A stretch of DNA of 64,000 bases from Octopus vulgaris. Lineage: Eukaryota. The translations under genes and the position numbers were made by a program. The notes beneath the pieces were generated by a model. That model was given only the letters and a program-made list of their open reading frames with translations, ran no database searches and was not told the origin of the DNA. Below, one piece after another: positions 13,958 to 27,813 of the stretch (within the stretch, counting starts at the first letter, position 1; the number at the start of each line of letters is the position of its first letter). The DNA lies in the NCBI GenBank assembly GCA_951406725.2, contig OX597822.1, forward strand, positions 31,868,001 through 31,932,000. Direction: 5' to 3'.

Positions 13958-14430
13958 TCTAAATATACATACTCATTACTATCAATAAACAACATCACTT
14001 CAATTGCTAGAAATACTAACTAAATCTTCCTTAAAAACCACAACTTGCTGTCTTGCAAAAGTGACACAGCTCAATACTGTAGAGGGTACTATGTAGCTGA
14101 TTAAAGTGATGGTAAGGCTGGAATGCAATTAATCATAGGTAAGCTTTCTCAGGGCTGACCTTGGGAAAGACAACAGGAACATAAGTATACTCCCAAAATT
14201 AAGTTTTCTTAACAATGTACAGACACAGCCACTGTTTAAATATATATTTAGTGTGTGTGCATGTGTATGTGCATATGTGTATGTGCATATGCATATGTGC
14301 ATATGTGTATGTGCATATGTGTGCATGCATAAATGTCTACATGTGTTCATTCATAACTAAATTTGAAATGTCAAGCACAATAATTATTATGTCCGTCTGC
14401 CTAGCTAGCTACATATGTGCACGTGCCTGG

Positions 14431-14461
<31 letters not shown>

Positions 14462-14466
<5 letters not shown>

Positions 14467-15073
14467 ACCTGAAAAGTTTCTGGCTTCAAGAGTATTGCAA
14501 TCGAAGCACTCCGTCGGTTACAACGATGAGTGTTCTGGTTGATCCGAATCAATGGAACAGCCTGCTCATGAAAGTAACGTGTAAGTGGCTGAGCACTCCA
14601 CAGACACGTGTACCCTTAACGTAGTTCTCAGGGATATTCAGCATGACACAGAGAGTGACAAGGCCGGCCCTTTGAAATACAGGTACAACAGAAACAGGAA
14701 GTAAGAGTGAGAGAAAGTTGTGGTGAAAAAGTACAGCAGGGATCACCACCATCCCCTGCCGGAGCCTCGTGGAGCTTTAGGTGTTTTCGCTCAATAAGCA
14801 CTCACAACGCCCGATCTGGGAATCGAAACCGCGATCCTATGTCCGCGAGTCCGCTGCCCTAACCACTGGGCCATTGCGCCTCCACTTTATTGCAATAAAA
14901 CCTGGCTGGAGACCCAACCTTCCAAGTTCTTTTAAAGAACTTAGAATAACTGAAGGACCACTGCAATAAGTGTACGAATCTGAGAAGGGAATAAGTTGAA
15001 TAAAATCATGATTAACTGATTCTCCTGCATTTTCATGTACCCAAAGCGAGGAACTCTCTAGCACACCCTTGTA
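14462..15073 (+). mobile_element. Mariner-derived MITE interrupted by SINE C
   Basis: Decayed TIRs CTGAAAAGTTTCTGGCTT / AAAGCGAGGAACTCTCTAGCACACCCTTGTA; internal AAGTGTACGAATCTGAGAAGGGAATAAGTTGAATAA resembles the mariner C-terminus KC..L.GEYVE*. Confidence 0.55.
14503..14885 (-). mobile_element. SINE family C (tRNA-Arg-like head) with TSD
   Basis: Reverse complement of the 60106-60498 copy; TATTGCAAT at 14493-14501 and 14888-14896. Confidence 0.92.
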
Positions 15074-15369
15074 TGTATATGCATGTGTGTGTGTGTGTGT
15101 GTGAGGTGTGTGTGTGTAAAGATAATAGAACAGCTGAAGCAGGGTTGCTCTCACAGTTAAACATCATCAGTCTAAATGTTCCTGCACAATCAGATAAAGA
15201 TTACGTATTAATTATACATTATCTATTCATTCAAGTTCTATGTTCTTGTATATTCCAGGGTTTCTACTATAAACTCATATTTACTCTAAGAATTTATGAC
15301 ACATTTAGATTATATAGTGATATGTAATGTAATGTAATGTAATCCAGTATAAATTGTTATGAACAATGT

Positions 15370-15830
15370 ATGGATATGAAGATTCACATTACGATGTGCA
15401 ATGTTGCATGGAAGCCTAACATTGGTTTTGAATGCAGAAAATGTGCAAATGCTGGAAAGAAATAAGGTGAGCATGTTCTGCTGGGTGTGCAATGTTAGTG
15501 TGCATGAATGACAGAAAACAAAAGAAGTGAGAGGAAAATCGGATACAAAATGAATATGATATAATGTGCTTGAGAGAATCTTGCGCAAGGACAGACAGAG
15601 GATTTGTATGCTAAAAAGACTGTTGGCTAGAAAATTGTTAAGTAGAGTGAATGGAAGAAAACTACAGAAGAGAGATATTATGAAATACATGGGACTATCT
15701 GATGATAGATGATCTCAGGTGTTCAAATTCCAATGAGGAAGATAACAAAGGAACACAAGTGCTGACATACGGTCCTGAAAAACATCATCTAACTCAAAAT
15801 GCATGTGTGGAAGATTAAAAATCATATCAG
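15370..15830 (+). mobile_element. Decayed RTE-clade LINE ORF2 C-terminal fragment
   Basis: CAMLHGS..NAENVQMLERNKVSMFCWVCNVSVHE (cf. AMLHGSETW....LERNE.SMLRWMCNV). Confidence 0.65.
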
Positions 15831-16204
15831 ATGTGTGTATATATCATCATCATGTAATGACTGTTTTCCATGCAAGCATGGGTAGAAAGACAGACAGAGA
15901 AAGTTATCAATAAGGGTTACCTATCAGGGCAAAATACTTCATAAGCACTCTATTAATACAAATATGCCAAGCTAACAAATCATTTTTAGATTAGTAAAGA
16001 ATACTGAGTATGCTCATGGCAGAGTGCAAAGTTATAATTCATCACCATTTTATATAGGGAATCCAGGGTTGCATTAGTCTTTTACACAGAGTGGTATACA
16101 AGAAAAAGTATAAATAATGGTTGGAATATATTCCTTTATATTAGCAAATTTGGCATTTCTGATCAACATTATAAGTTTTTTCATGGATCTATTTACTCAA
16201 TCAG

Positions 16205-16299
16205 TAATTGATTTTTGTCAAACCGCTAAGTTACAGGGGATGTAAACACACCAGCATCAGTTGTCAAGCAATGTTGGGGGGACAAACACAGACAGACAA

Positions 16300-16332
<33 letters not shown>

Positions 16333-16487
16333 CAATGGGCTTCTTTCAGTTTCCATCTACCAAATCCACTCACAAGTCTTTGGTCAACCCGAGGCAATAG
16401 CAGAAGACATTTGCCCAAGGTGCCACACAGTGGGACTGAACCTGGAACCATGTGGTTCGTGAGCAAGGAACTTACCGCACAGCCACG
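16205..16487 (-). mobile_element. SINE family B (tail missing)
   Basis: Reverse-complement match to the B head and body. Confidence 0.85.
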
Positions 16488-16556
16488 TTCTTGCTGTATC
16501 AGGATCACCAATCTCACTGAAGTTTGTTTTTAACTTTTATATAAAACAAATTTTAA

Positions 16557-16722
16557 CCCTTTAATATTTAAATTGGTCAGATCTGGCCTACATTTTTGCT
16601 CATTCAAACTAACCAGATCCAGCTTCCCACACCTACCCTACAATGTCATTTTAAGCCTAAACAATCACATCACTGAAATCTTGAAGCAATACTTTTAATA
16701 GAGTAATTTGAATGCTAAAAGG
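16557..16722. mobile_element. piggyBac-like MITE
   Basis: TTAA|CCCTTTAATATTTAAATT ... AATTTGAATGCTAAAAGG|TTAA: imperfect TIRs with TTAA on both sides. Confidence 0.65.
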
Positions 16723-17589
16723 TTAAAGTGAAGAACTAAATCAGATCGAAGTCTTATTACAAAACAGAATTAGCCTAAAGTTTGCATGTCTATATTTATG
16801 CCACAATAGTCAATTAAATACAGTAACACATCATGAGATGAACAGTCACTCTAATCTATTGTTCATATGCATGTATTTGTTTTTATAATTATATATAATG
16901 GATTCAGAAGATAGTAGAACTTCTATATTAAAATTAAGTAGAAGATATGAAAAATAATTAAATTGAACAGAAAAGAGATGTGTAGATCAGAGATATGTGC
17001 ATATAAATATAAATATACAACAATTATGAAAAATGAATAGTAAGTAAAAAGACATAAAAGAAAATTGAAATATAAAATGGTTTTCTAAATTGGTTATAAT
17101 CTAGCAAAAAAGACGCTGTATTATAAATAGTATGAATATTTCCATCAACGTTGATAAAGCATCATTATCATCATTATCATTCTCAACTGCATCACTACAA
17201 ACACCAACACAACCACGACTGCTGTTCCCCATCCTCATCATCATCATTATCATCCTCACCATCATACTCATCGTCACCATTATCCTCCACCTCAGCATCA
17301 TCATTTAATGTTCCCTCTCCACACTGGTACGGTTAGAACAGTACAACAGCAATTGATTAAACAAAGGACAGCATCATGTTTCAGCATCTTTTGGGATGTT
17401 TCTATAGCCAGATGCCCTTCCTTGCTTTTGTTTGCATGTATATGTGTTTGTGTACATGTGCACACGTCATCATTTTAATGTGCCTAATCAATGACCTTAT
17501 ATGTAAAAGATGGTCTGAGAATCTGCACCTGGAATGAGTTCTGCATGAAGCAGGTCAAAGATTATGGCTTCAGGGACAAACTCTACCTG

Positions 17590-17897
17590 CTTGTTGTTTG
17601 TTCCTTCTTGAGCTATGCCTGGCTCATAAGGGCCGGTTTCCTGGTTTCCTTGGTGTATAGGTTCCCCACTGGGACGGGACGCCAGTCCGTCGCAGGTGAG
17701 CTGCAAGATGCAGGAGGAAAGAGTGAGACAAAGTTGTGGCGAAAGAGTCAGCAGAAGTTCACCATTATCTTCTGCTGGAGCCACGTGAAGATTAGGTGTT
17801 TCGCTCATAAACACACACATGCCCCGATCTGAGATTTGAACCCGCAATCCCTCGACTGCGAATCCGCTGCCCTAACCACTAGGCCATGTGCTTCCAC
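17590..17897 (-). mobile_element. SINE with family C-type head and V-domain-like 3' part
   Basis: Minus-strand head GTGGAAGCACATGGCCTAGTGGTTAGGGCAGCGGA; downstream CCTGCGACGGACTGGCGTCCCGTCCCAG resembles the V-SINE domain as recalled. Confidence 0.7.
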
Positions 17898-18065
17898 AAA
17901 ATCTAGCTGTTACCTTAGCATCACTGATGATGACCAAACAATAGGCAATGTCCATACAGTTTGGCAACAGTGTAATTGAAGAATAATAAAATAAAACATA
18001 AACATGTGAAGCACAAACACACACACAAATATATTCATTCATTCATTCATTCATTCATTCATACA

Positions 18066-18099
<34 letters not shown>

Positions 18100-18100
<1 letters not shown>

Positions 18101-18261
18101 CCAACAGGCTTCTTTCAGTTTCCATCTACCAAATTCACTCACAAGGCTTTGGTTGGCCTGAGGCTATAGTAGAAAACACTTGCCCAAGATACCACACAGT
18201 AGAACTGAACCCAGAACCATGTGGTTGGGAAGTAAGCTTCTTACCACACAGCCACACTGTG

Positions 18262-18263
<2 letters not shown>
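18100..18263 (-). mobile_element. SINE family B, head half
   Basis: Reverse-complement match up to the internal microsatellite. Confidence 0.85.
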
Positions 18264-18302
<39 letters not shown>

Positions 18303-19510
18303 TGTAAATTAAGTAAAATAAACAAATTTGGCAAAATTAATTTTAATGTTTTATGAAAATCATATCTCTTTGAATTTATTTGATGGAGAGTTGAGCCTGC
18401 TCTGTGATTAATATTTAACAGCTGCAGTATTATATCTGTACTAATGTGCAGTTTGGTATTAATAGGGTTAAAGAAAAGATCTCGACAAGTACATATTTGA
18501 TAATGTTGCATTCTTTCCTGACTTGAAGATAAATGGTAAAATAAAACTGTATAAGAACAAAAATGAAAAACACTCTCCTCCTTCTACCAAAAGAAAAATC
18601 AGGAAATTAGAATAATAGGATTCTTTAAAGTTGAAACCAAAGAGACTTAGAACATCAAAAATGTAAATTTTAGCAATTCTATTTATAATTAGCCATTTTG
18701 TAAAATTGAATCAGAACTAAGCAACATGTAGGAGAATAAGAAAATAGAAAAAAAAATTATAATAAAATAAAACATAAACATGTGAAGATTATAAGAGAGA
18801 TTATATATATTGTATATGTAAATAATGTTGATGATGATGAGGAAGAAGAGGGGGATGACAACAACAACAACAATAATTAAAAAATATTGATATATCTCTG
18901 TAATATGGATTTAAAACAGTTTTGTAAACAACATAGAAAAGAGAGAGCTCATTCGCACACATTCATACATATTCACAAACTTATACATACATTCATACTC
19001 ATATACATACATTCCTACTCATATACATACATTCATACACATATACATACATTCATACACATATAGCCATTGACATGGATACAGATATGCATGCATTTCT
19101 GCATAAACACTTTTACAAATTTGCATATATGTATAAATGTTTGAATTAGAAAATATTTCTTATCTTCGCTTGTTGTTTATAATTTTGAGTATATTTAAGG
19201 TTTTTAATCCTTCAAAGAATCAGGTTATGCGGTTAGGTTTTAAACTGTAAATAACAGTACTTCTGACTTGGGTTACATATCTATAGATAAGTATACATCA
19301 TCATCATCATCATTTGCCATCATAATTTAACTTCTACACTTCCATAATTTTTCAGTTTGGATGGATTATGTTGAGGTAAGTTTTCTGCAATGTATGTATG
19401 TAATATAATTTTCTGAACCTTCAGATTTTAATATGCTAGACCATTGGTTTTAAATTGATATTAATTAAATTAATATTCAATTCTTCACCCTTATTATTTT
19501 AGATTTAAAT

Positions 19511-19545
<35 letters not shown>

Positions 19546-20779
19546 AAGAGAGACACAGAGAGAGAGAAGGGGGGCAATATAGATACAGATATATACTGGT
19601 TATCCATAAATAACCTTTACAATTTTCAAAGATTTAGCAAAAATGGAAAATATGGATAACTCAACAGAGTTTATTGGCAAACAAAGTTTTATCAGAAACA
19701 TCAGTACACTTCCACATGGCCTCCAATGGCTGTACACAATACATCTACATAATAAAATATGATAAACTGTAGAAGATGTAAAAATGATTTGAGAACACAC
19801 TGTATATACAAAAGTCTGCCTTCACTTTCAGTGTCATTTGGTTGGTCTGGGTTCATTAGAGAGTAGGCTATAAACATAATTTTTTCCAAATTTTGTGGAA
19901 ATAGGTAAACTTGAGATCCTTCTATATCTACTGCATAGATTTATATACATTATACCATTTTTTTCATATAGTATGGACAAGCCTCTGATATTTCATAAGA
20001 TGCTAATCACTTATAATTCACAAATTTGTAGCCTGAGGCCGCTCTGATAAGAACACGCTTAGGGTCACAAATCGATTAAGGGTGTTTATCATTCTTTCAA
20101 TCTGAGGGGACATAGGTATATTTAATATAATTGTATGTCCACTTTACACACACAAACACACACACAACCATTCATGCACACAAGCACACACACACACACA
20201 TGCAGACTCACACATTCATACACACATGAGTCTAGATAAAACTATATAAAAACCAATTTCTGTATTTATGAGATTGCTCAGAATTATGGTTCTTTTCATA
20301 TTTATATCAATTGGCAAAATACAACAATTATTTTTATGCAAGTGTGTATATATGTGTGTATATGTGTGAGTGTAGACAACAGAAAAATATCTAGTTATAA
20401 AGATATTAAATTACATGTACACTGCAAATATATACACACATGCATGTATGAATATATACATACACACATATATATACACGATTATATACACAGATGTGGA
20501 TGTGTGTGTGTGTGTGTATGTCTGTAAGTCGGTCTGAGATTTCTTATTATGCTATCTTAACTAAATCAAGGAAATTAATGTTGCTCTGTGAACTCTTCTG
20601 AAGAATATCAGCACAGTCTATTGAATTCTTTAAATTAAATATAATAGTCTTAATCATATAACTATGTCTATATATATTTATCTCTCTCTCTATATATATG
20701 TACATATATTTGTACTGTTATGTACAAATGTATATCTATATATAGATTTGTGTATATCTATATATAGATTTGTGCATAT

Positions 20780-20851
<72 letters not shown>

Positions 20852-20919
20852 ATTTACATACATATATGTGTGTGTACATATATGATATATATGTATGTAC
20901 ATATATATATATAGAGATT

Positions 20920-20962
<43 letters not shown>

Positions 20963-21254
20963 ATACTTTCCTGTTGAGGATCCTTAGATTTGCTTCATAT
21001 ATCTTGGTGAATAGGAATTATGGTTCCACAGCAATAAAGCTAAAGGATTTTACAAGAAACTCTTCATGTGCAAGCTCCACTGATACGCGCATGAGTGCAT
21101 ACACACACACATTTACAGCAACAATCATGAATTTGTACATGTATTCATGAACAAGCATACTTGTATCCTCATCTTAGAAATTGTTATCTATATGCTGACA
21201 CAATTATAGAAAGTCTCAAACACACCTAGAAATGTGTGTATATATGTCTGTGAA

Positions 21255-21292
<38 letters not shown>

Positions 21293-21485
21293 CCAATGAA
21301 AAGTAGAAGCCAAAGAAAATTCATTGTCACATCTTTAATTGTAAATTACAAAGTTTTCTCTACCATTTCCGTTTGCAGCACTAGTTTACACAAAAATTTT
21401 TAAAAGGAAAAGATGGGACTGAAACATTTGCAAATCATAATTGAAGATGTGTTAACGAATTGTCTTTATCTTCTTCTTTTCATTG
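21293..21485. mobile_element. Decayed fold-back element beside (TA)n
   Basis: CAATGAAAAGTAGAAGCCAAAGAAAATTCATTGTCACATCTTTAATT versus reverse complement of the right end CAATGAAAAGAAGAAGATAAAGACAATTCGTTAACACATCTTCAATT. Confidence 0.55.
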
Positions 21486-21679
21486 GATTGTATATTCTTT
21501 GCCAAGCCATATGATGGTATAATCATCATGAAACTTGCATTTTCTACAACTGAAGTTTTCTGGCTTTGGTTTGGATCCTGACAGTGTTGACATCCTAGTT
21601 CTTGAGGCGAGTACTTCACTGGAAATACACCAACTTCACACCTAAACTGTCCTTAGCCATTTGCTCTCTCTTGCTGCCA

Positions 21680-22058
21680 GAGCAGCTGACTGGCTTCTGT
21701 GCTGGTGGCATGTAAAAAGCACCATTCAAACGGGATCGTTACCAGCGTCACCTTACTGGCACTTGCGCCGGTGGCACATGAAAGACATTCGAGCTAGGTT
21801 GACTGTGCAGCTGCCATGTAAAAAACACCACTTGAGCGTGGCCATTGCCAGTACTGCCTGAGTGGCCCTCATGCCGGAGCCACATGAAAGCACCCACTAC
21901 ACTTTCAGAATGGTAGGCATTAGGAAAGGCATCCAAGTGTAGAAACTCTGCCAGATCAGATTGGAGCCTGGTGCAGCCATCTGGTTCGCCAGTCCTCAGT
22001 CAAATCGTCCAACCCATGCTAGCATGGAAAGCGGACATTGAATGATGATGATGATAAT
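21680..22058 (+). mobile_element. Family E retroelement (SINE-like) with internal tandem subrepeats and (GAT)n tail
   Basis: Repeated GGTGGCA(C/T)GTAAAAAGCACC-like units, GGCATTAGGAAAGGCATCC, tail CCAACCCATGCTAGCATGGAAAGCGGAC..(GAT)n; the same tail occurs near 12660, 13005, 15850 (-), 22290 and 23530 (-). Confidence 0.7.
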
Positions 22059-22100
<42 letters not shown>

Positions 22101-22412
22101 TACATATATATATATATATACATATATATTCACACACACACACAGATGAATGGCACCCATACTGATGGCATGTAAAAGCAGCCATAACACTCCTGTAGAG
22201 GTTGGTGTTATGAACAGCATCCCGCTGTAAAAACCATGCCAAATCAGATTGGAATCAAGTGCAAATCTCTGGCTCATCACCCCTAGTCAAACTCTCTAAC
22301 CCATGCCAGCTGGGACAGCAGACGTTAAACAATGATGTTGATATATATACTTATCTATCTCTCTATTTATCAATTCATTTCTCTATAACTACCAATCTAT
22401 CAATGTATCTAA

Positions 22413-22494
<82 letters not shown>

Positions 22495-22523
22495 GTCTGT
22501 ATATAAATATATATATATATACA

Positions 22524-22587
<64 letters not shown>

Positions 22588-23240
22588 AATATATATATCA
22601 CTTGATCAACCAGTCGATCAGCTTTTGTTATACATCTCTAACCACAATACACTAGACAATGAGGCCAACATTTCTTCTGATCACAAAGCTAGTCCATTTG
22701 CAGGGTCACACGTTTGCAACTGAGTGAATAGCAGCAACAAGAAAGGAAAGCGTTTGCTCAAAAATGCAAGTATAGGTGTACAGAGGACAGATGAACAAGT
22801 TGTTAAACGGAGTGACGGAGAGATAGGTATGTAAAAAGTTAGAGAGATACAGAGATAAATATGATGTATGGAAGTTAAATGGAAGTAAATACAATTCCCA
22901 CGTAATTTACTAACACTTCTTTAAATGTACAAAAATTCAATGTTTATGTACACACAAACTCACACACCCATACACAGGTATATACTAATGTACATAGGTA
23001 CGCTTAGATATAACTATATACATCTGAAGTGATATGTGTATATGACTTTAGATATGGAAGTGTCAAATATAACACGTTCTGTCTGGTCTTTTTCCTCTGA
23101 GGCATGTAATAATAAAGTAATTAATAAATAATTAATATTAACAATAATTTAGAATATTGTGATTTACAATTAATTAGTCTGCATAATAAATATGAAACAT
23201 AGTTGAAAACATCTAAGAATATTTGTTCCTGTGTGTGTAT

Positions 23241-23279
<39 letters not shown>

Positions 23280-23680
23280 ATAGTATGTTTGAGAGTTTTC
23301 CAGCGTGAAGTACAATAAACCTATACTACTAAGGATAGCAATCAAGGTTCTGACAGGAAGTGTTGCTGCTTCCTAGGGCTAAATAGCAGTAGTATGATTC
23401 CCTTCATGGGACTGTCACATTATGTTGACAGTATACAACTACTTTATATATATAAATATATATATATATATATTATGGCTAAGTGTCAGCAAGAGTGCAT
23501 ACGTCTATGTGTATAAATATATCATCATCATCTTCATCATTTAATGCCTACTTTCCAAGCTGTCATGGACTGGTCGGTTTGGCAGGAGCTGGCTAGGGCT
23601 AAATAGCAGTAGTATGATTCCCTTCATGGGACTGTCACATTATGTTGACAGTATACAACTACTTTATATATATAAATATA

Positions 23681-23891
23681 GACCGGAGTAAACACATAAA
23701 TGTGAAACAAGGTGGAAAAAAGAGTACTCAAATACCAGTGGTAGAGTAATATGCTTTATTTTAAGCAGCAGAAAATTCAACAAAATCTGTTACTCTGAGT
23801 TTCTCGTTGCCGTTCATCAGACAGTTTTTGGGCAACGAGAAACTCAGAGTAACAGATTTTGTTAAATTTTCTGCTGCTTAAAATAAAGTAT
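23681..23891 (-). mobile_element. Penelope-like element end with 61-bp inverted arms
   Basis: 23751-23811 is the reverse complement of 23831-23891 (2 mismatches); inserted in TA-rich sequence; carries a hammerhead motif. Confidence 0.65.
23787..23824 (-). ncRNA. Minimal type I hammerhead ribozyme-like motif
   Basis: Minus strand: CUGU CUGAUGA ACGGCAACGA GAAA CUCAGAG UA ACAG; stem I CUGU/ACAG extends to CAAAA/UUUUG; GCAA-capped stem II; GUA triplet. Confidence 0.72.
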
Positions 23892-24522
23892 ATATAAATA
23901 TATATATATATTTATATATATAAAGTAGTATATATATATAAAGTAGTTATATGCTGTCAACATAATGTGACAGTCCCATGAAGGGAATCATACTACTGCT
24001 ATTTAGCCCTAGGAAGCTCCTGTCAAACCGACCTGTCCATGATGAAGATGATGATGATATATTTATACACATAGACGTATGCACTGTTGCTGACACTTAG
24101 TCATATACACACACATGCAAAATGTAAGTGCAGTTATACAAATCCACTGCAAATGGTAGTTACTAGACTAGTAAAACGCCACCACCTACGCATGCAGTAA
24201 AAGAACAACTGAATGCACCATACAGCAGCTGGTTTGTGCAATGGCTTTACAAATGCATTTGAGCATATGTGCACTATTTGGTGCAGCAGTGAATATGATT
24301 GTGTGGTGGTGCCTTGTGTTAATATTTTAGGCGGTTGTTTTGACAATCGTGGCATTTGGTTTCATAAACATATGTGGTGATGGTGGGTGTAGGAGGTTGT
24401 CGGTTATGTTGGTGGTACAGGTGTTATTTGTGGTGGACTCGGTGGAGCTGTTGTAGCTGTTGGTGGTGGTGGTGGTGGTGGTAGTGCAAGCGTTATCGTG
24501 GTATTTGTGTGGTGGTGGCGGT

Positions 24523-24828
24523 GGGGTATATGTGGTGGTGGTGGTGGTGGTTGTGGTGCTATCGGTAGTGGTGTTAGTGGAGGTGGTTGTAGTGCTACTC
24601 GTAGTGGTGGTGGGGTATATGTGATGGTGGTGGTTGTGGTGCTATCGGTAGTGGTGTTAGTGGAGGTGGTTGTAGTGCTATTGGTAGTGGTGGTGGGGTA
24701 TGTGTGATGGTGGTGGTTGTGGTGCTATCGGTAGTGGTGTTAGTGGAGGTGGTTGTAGTGCTATTGGTAGTGGTGGTGGGGTATATGTGATGGTGGTGGT
24801 TGTGGTGCTATCGGTAGTGGTGTTAGTG
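24523..24828. repeat. 83-bp GT-rich minisatellite, about 3.6 units
   Basis: Unit starts GGGGTAT(A/G)TGTG at 24523, 24612, 24695 and 24778. Confidence 0.9.
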
Positions 24829-25093
24829 TGGTGGGTAGGTACTGATGGTGTTATTTGTAATGATGGTAGTGGTACTGTTGGGTGGTATTTGTGTGATGGT
24901 GGTGGTTGTGGTGGTGGTGGTGATGATGATGGTGGTGGTGGTAGTAGTGACGATGGTGGTGGTATTTGTGTTGGTGCTGGTGATATATGTTGTGATAATA
25001 TTTATGTTGGTAGCGGTGGGCATTGATGGATGGATATGCTATTGGTGGAGGTAGTAGGAGGTAGTATTTCTGTTTTCTCTGTTGATAATAATA

Positions 25094-25326
25094 TTTATTG
25101 CTTTATTGCCCATAGGGGGCTAAACATAGAGGGGACAAACAAAGACAGACAAAGGGATTAAGTCGATTACATCGACCCCAGTACATAACTGGTACTTAGT
25201 TTATCGACCCCGAAAGAATGAAAGGCAAAGTCGGCCTCGGTGGAATTTGAACTCAGAACGTAAGGGCAGACGAAATACCGCCAAGTATTTCGCCCTGTGT
25301 GTTAATGATTCTGCTAGATGCCGCCC
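25094..25326 (-). mobile_element. SINE family A
   Basis: Reverse-complement full-length match. Confidence 0.9.
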
Positions 25327-25343
25327 TTTTATAATAATAGTAA

Positions 25344-25384
<41 letters not shown>

Positions 25385-25385
25385 T

Positions 25386-25423
<38 letters not shown>

Positions 25424-25905
25424 ATAATAATAATAATAATAATAATAACAATAATAATAATAATAATAATATTAACCGTGTTTGGTGGTGAACTGGTATA
25501 ATCGTTAGCACGCCTGGCAAAAATGCTTAACATATTAAACCTGCCACAGTCCATTCCACTCGAGATCTGAACAGAGCTGGTTACTTCTAACAAGAAGGTG
25601 AGAAAGACAGGGGGAGGCAATATCGATCCAGTACTGGGATGGTACTTTGTTGATCGAATAAAAATGGAAAGAAAGAAAAAGGAGTACGGAAAGAAGAAAA
25701 GGAAGACAAGGGAAAAACAGAAAGGAAAGGAAAAAATGAAAAGAACGAAAGAAAGGAAGAAAGGATGAGTGGAAGAAAAAGATAGGAAGGAAGGAAGAAT
25801 GAGTAGAAGAAAGAAAGGAAGAAAATAGAAATAATGAGTGAAAGGAAGAAATAAGCAAAGAAAGAAGGAAAGGAAGAAACGAAAACAGAAAGAAAGAATG
25901 GGTGA

Positions 25906-25949
<44 letters not shown>

Positions 25950-26216
25950 CAGAAAAAAAAATTGACCTCTGTATGATTTGAACTCAGGGCGTAGCGATCC
26001 GGAACGAACAGCGCTAGGTATTGTGTCCGATGCACCAACGGCCTGGTTATGGCTTTCATATTGACGTCGATTTGCAACCCGTTCAAACAAAAACTTAAAA
26101 GCATGAAATCTCACCAGCTTGCAAAAACTATGCGGACCGCTCTTTCCTCCTAATTTCTGCAAGCAACACATAAAGACTCCCTCTCCTCCCTCTATCTCTC
26201 TCTGTAGCTCTCTCTC

Positions 26217-26283
<67 letters not shown>

Positions 26284-26429
26284 ACGTGTTTCAGGTATTG
26301 GATTGCGGCCCCTATGGGACACGGCTTCGATAGGTTTAGTCGAGAACAATCGACCCCCAGTATTTGTTTTTAAGTCTGGCATTTATTCTGTCGAATTCCT
26401 TTTTGGTTAGAGATAGATAGATAGATAAT

Positions 26430-26512
<83 letters not shown>

Positions 26513-26764
26513 GCAGATATAGATAGATAACTTTCTTTATTGGCCACACAGGGCTGAATACAGATGGGACAAATACAAATGTAGAGCTTTTCTTTTCGAA
26601 GATGGAAAAAGAAAAAAGGAACAAAAAAGGAAACAAATGTAAAATTCCGACCAAAAGGGATCAGAAAAAAAAAGAACAAAAAAAAAAGGAAAAAAGAAAA
26701 GAAGGGAGATAAAGGGAACGTGTATCACAGTCAGGCAGATAGATAGACAGACAGGCAGATATAT

Positions 26765-26992
26765 ATTTCTTTATTGCCCACAAGGGGCTAAACATAGAGG
26801 GGACAAACAAGGACAGACAAAGGGATTAAGTCGATTACATCGACTCCAGTGTGTAACTGGTACTTAATTTATCGACCCCGAAAGGATGAAAGGCAAAGTC
26901 GACCTCGGCGGAATTTGAACTCAGAACGTAGTGGCAGACGAAATACCGCTAAGCATTTCGCCCGGCGCGCTAACGTTTCTGCCAGCTCGCCG
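26765..26992 (-). mobile_element. SINE family A (young, near consensus)
   Basis: Reverse-complement match; AGGCAGATA on both sides within an (AGAT)n tract. Confidence 0.92.
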
Positions 26993-27012
26993 AGGCAGAT
27001 AGATAGATAGAT

Positions 27013-27103
<91 letters not shown>

Positions 27104-27464
27104 CAAACGGATATGTTCTCCCCACCAAAATTAGTGAGTGATGTTTCAGCAAAATGTTAAATTGTTTTGTGTAACTTTACATTCCTCATTAAAGCAAACA
27201 AACCATCCATCCATTCAATACATACATACATACATACATACATACATACATACATGCATGCATGCATGCAGGATGATTGCTTTATCATGACAGATGACAA
27301 CCGTCCCATCAACACACGCACACTCCACACCACATCACATCACATAGCACAATCACTCCGTTGACGACCCCCCCCCCCCAGATGATTGACAGGGTTTCAA
27401 ACACGAGTGACAGATATATCATTTTGACATATTTATATATATATCATTTATATATTTACTCACG

Positions 27465-27720
27465 TATTCTTTTATTTGTTTCGATCATTTAACTGCGGCC
27501 ATGCTGGAGCACCGCCATTAGTCGAACATATCGACCTCCAGGACTCATTTTTCGCAAGCCTAGTACTTATAATTTGATTGATTGATTGATTCTAGTTTCA
27601 GCTCACGAGCTGTGGCCATGCTGGGGCACCGATCTCTTTTGCAGAACCATTTAAGTGACAGGGAAATAAACACCAACGTCGATTGTCAAGCGACAGTGGG
27701 GTGAGGACCAACACAGACAC
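27465..27720 (-). mobile_element. SINE family B 3' half containing an extra inserted LINE-type tail
   Basis: ACTGCGGCCATGCTGGAGCACCGCC...; second tail GTGGCCATGCTGGGGCACCG at about 27610-27631. Confidence 0.75.
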
Positions 27721-27767
27721 GCAAACATACACACACGCACACACACACAAACACGTGTGCGTATATA

Positions 27768-27813
<46 letters not shown>

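Larger units (their letters stand above)
23373..24105. other. Local rearrangement X-Y-X-[fold-back]-X'-Y'
   Basis: 88-bp X at 23373-23460 and 23593-23680; reverse complement of X then Y at about 23910-24105. Confidence 0.85.

Noticed and set aside
19600-19960. Unique-looking stretch with 60-aa ORFs
   Set aside because: No recognisable motif and no convincing splice-site pair
24498-25054. Gly/Val-rich ORFs resembling structural proteins
   Set aside because: The underlying 83-bp period shifts frame at every unit; GGT-derived low complexity
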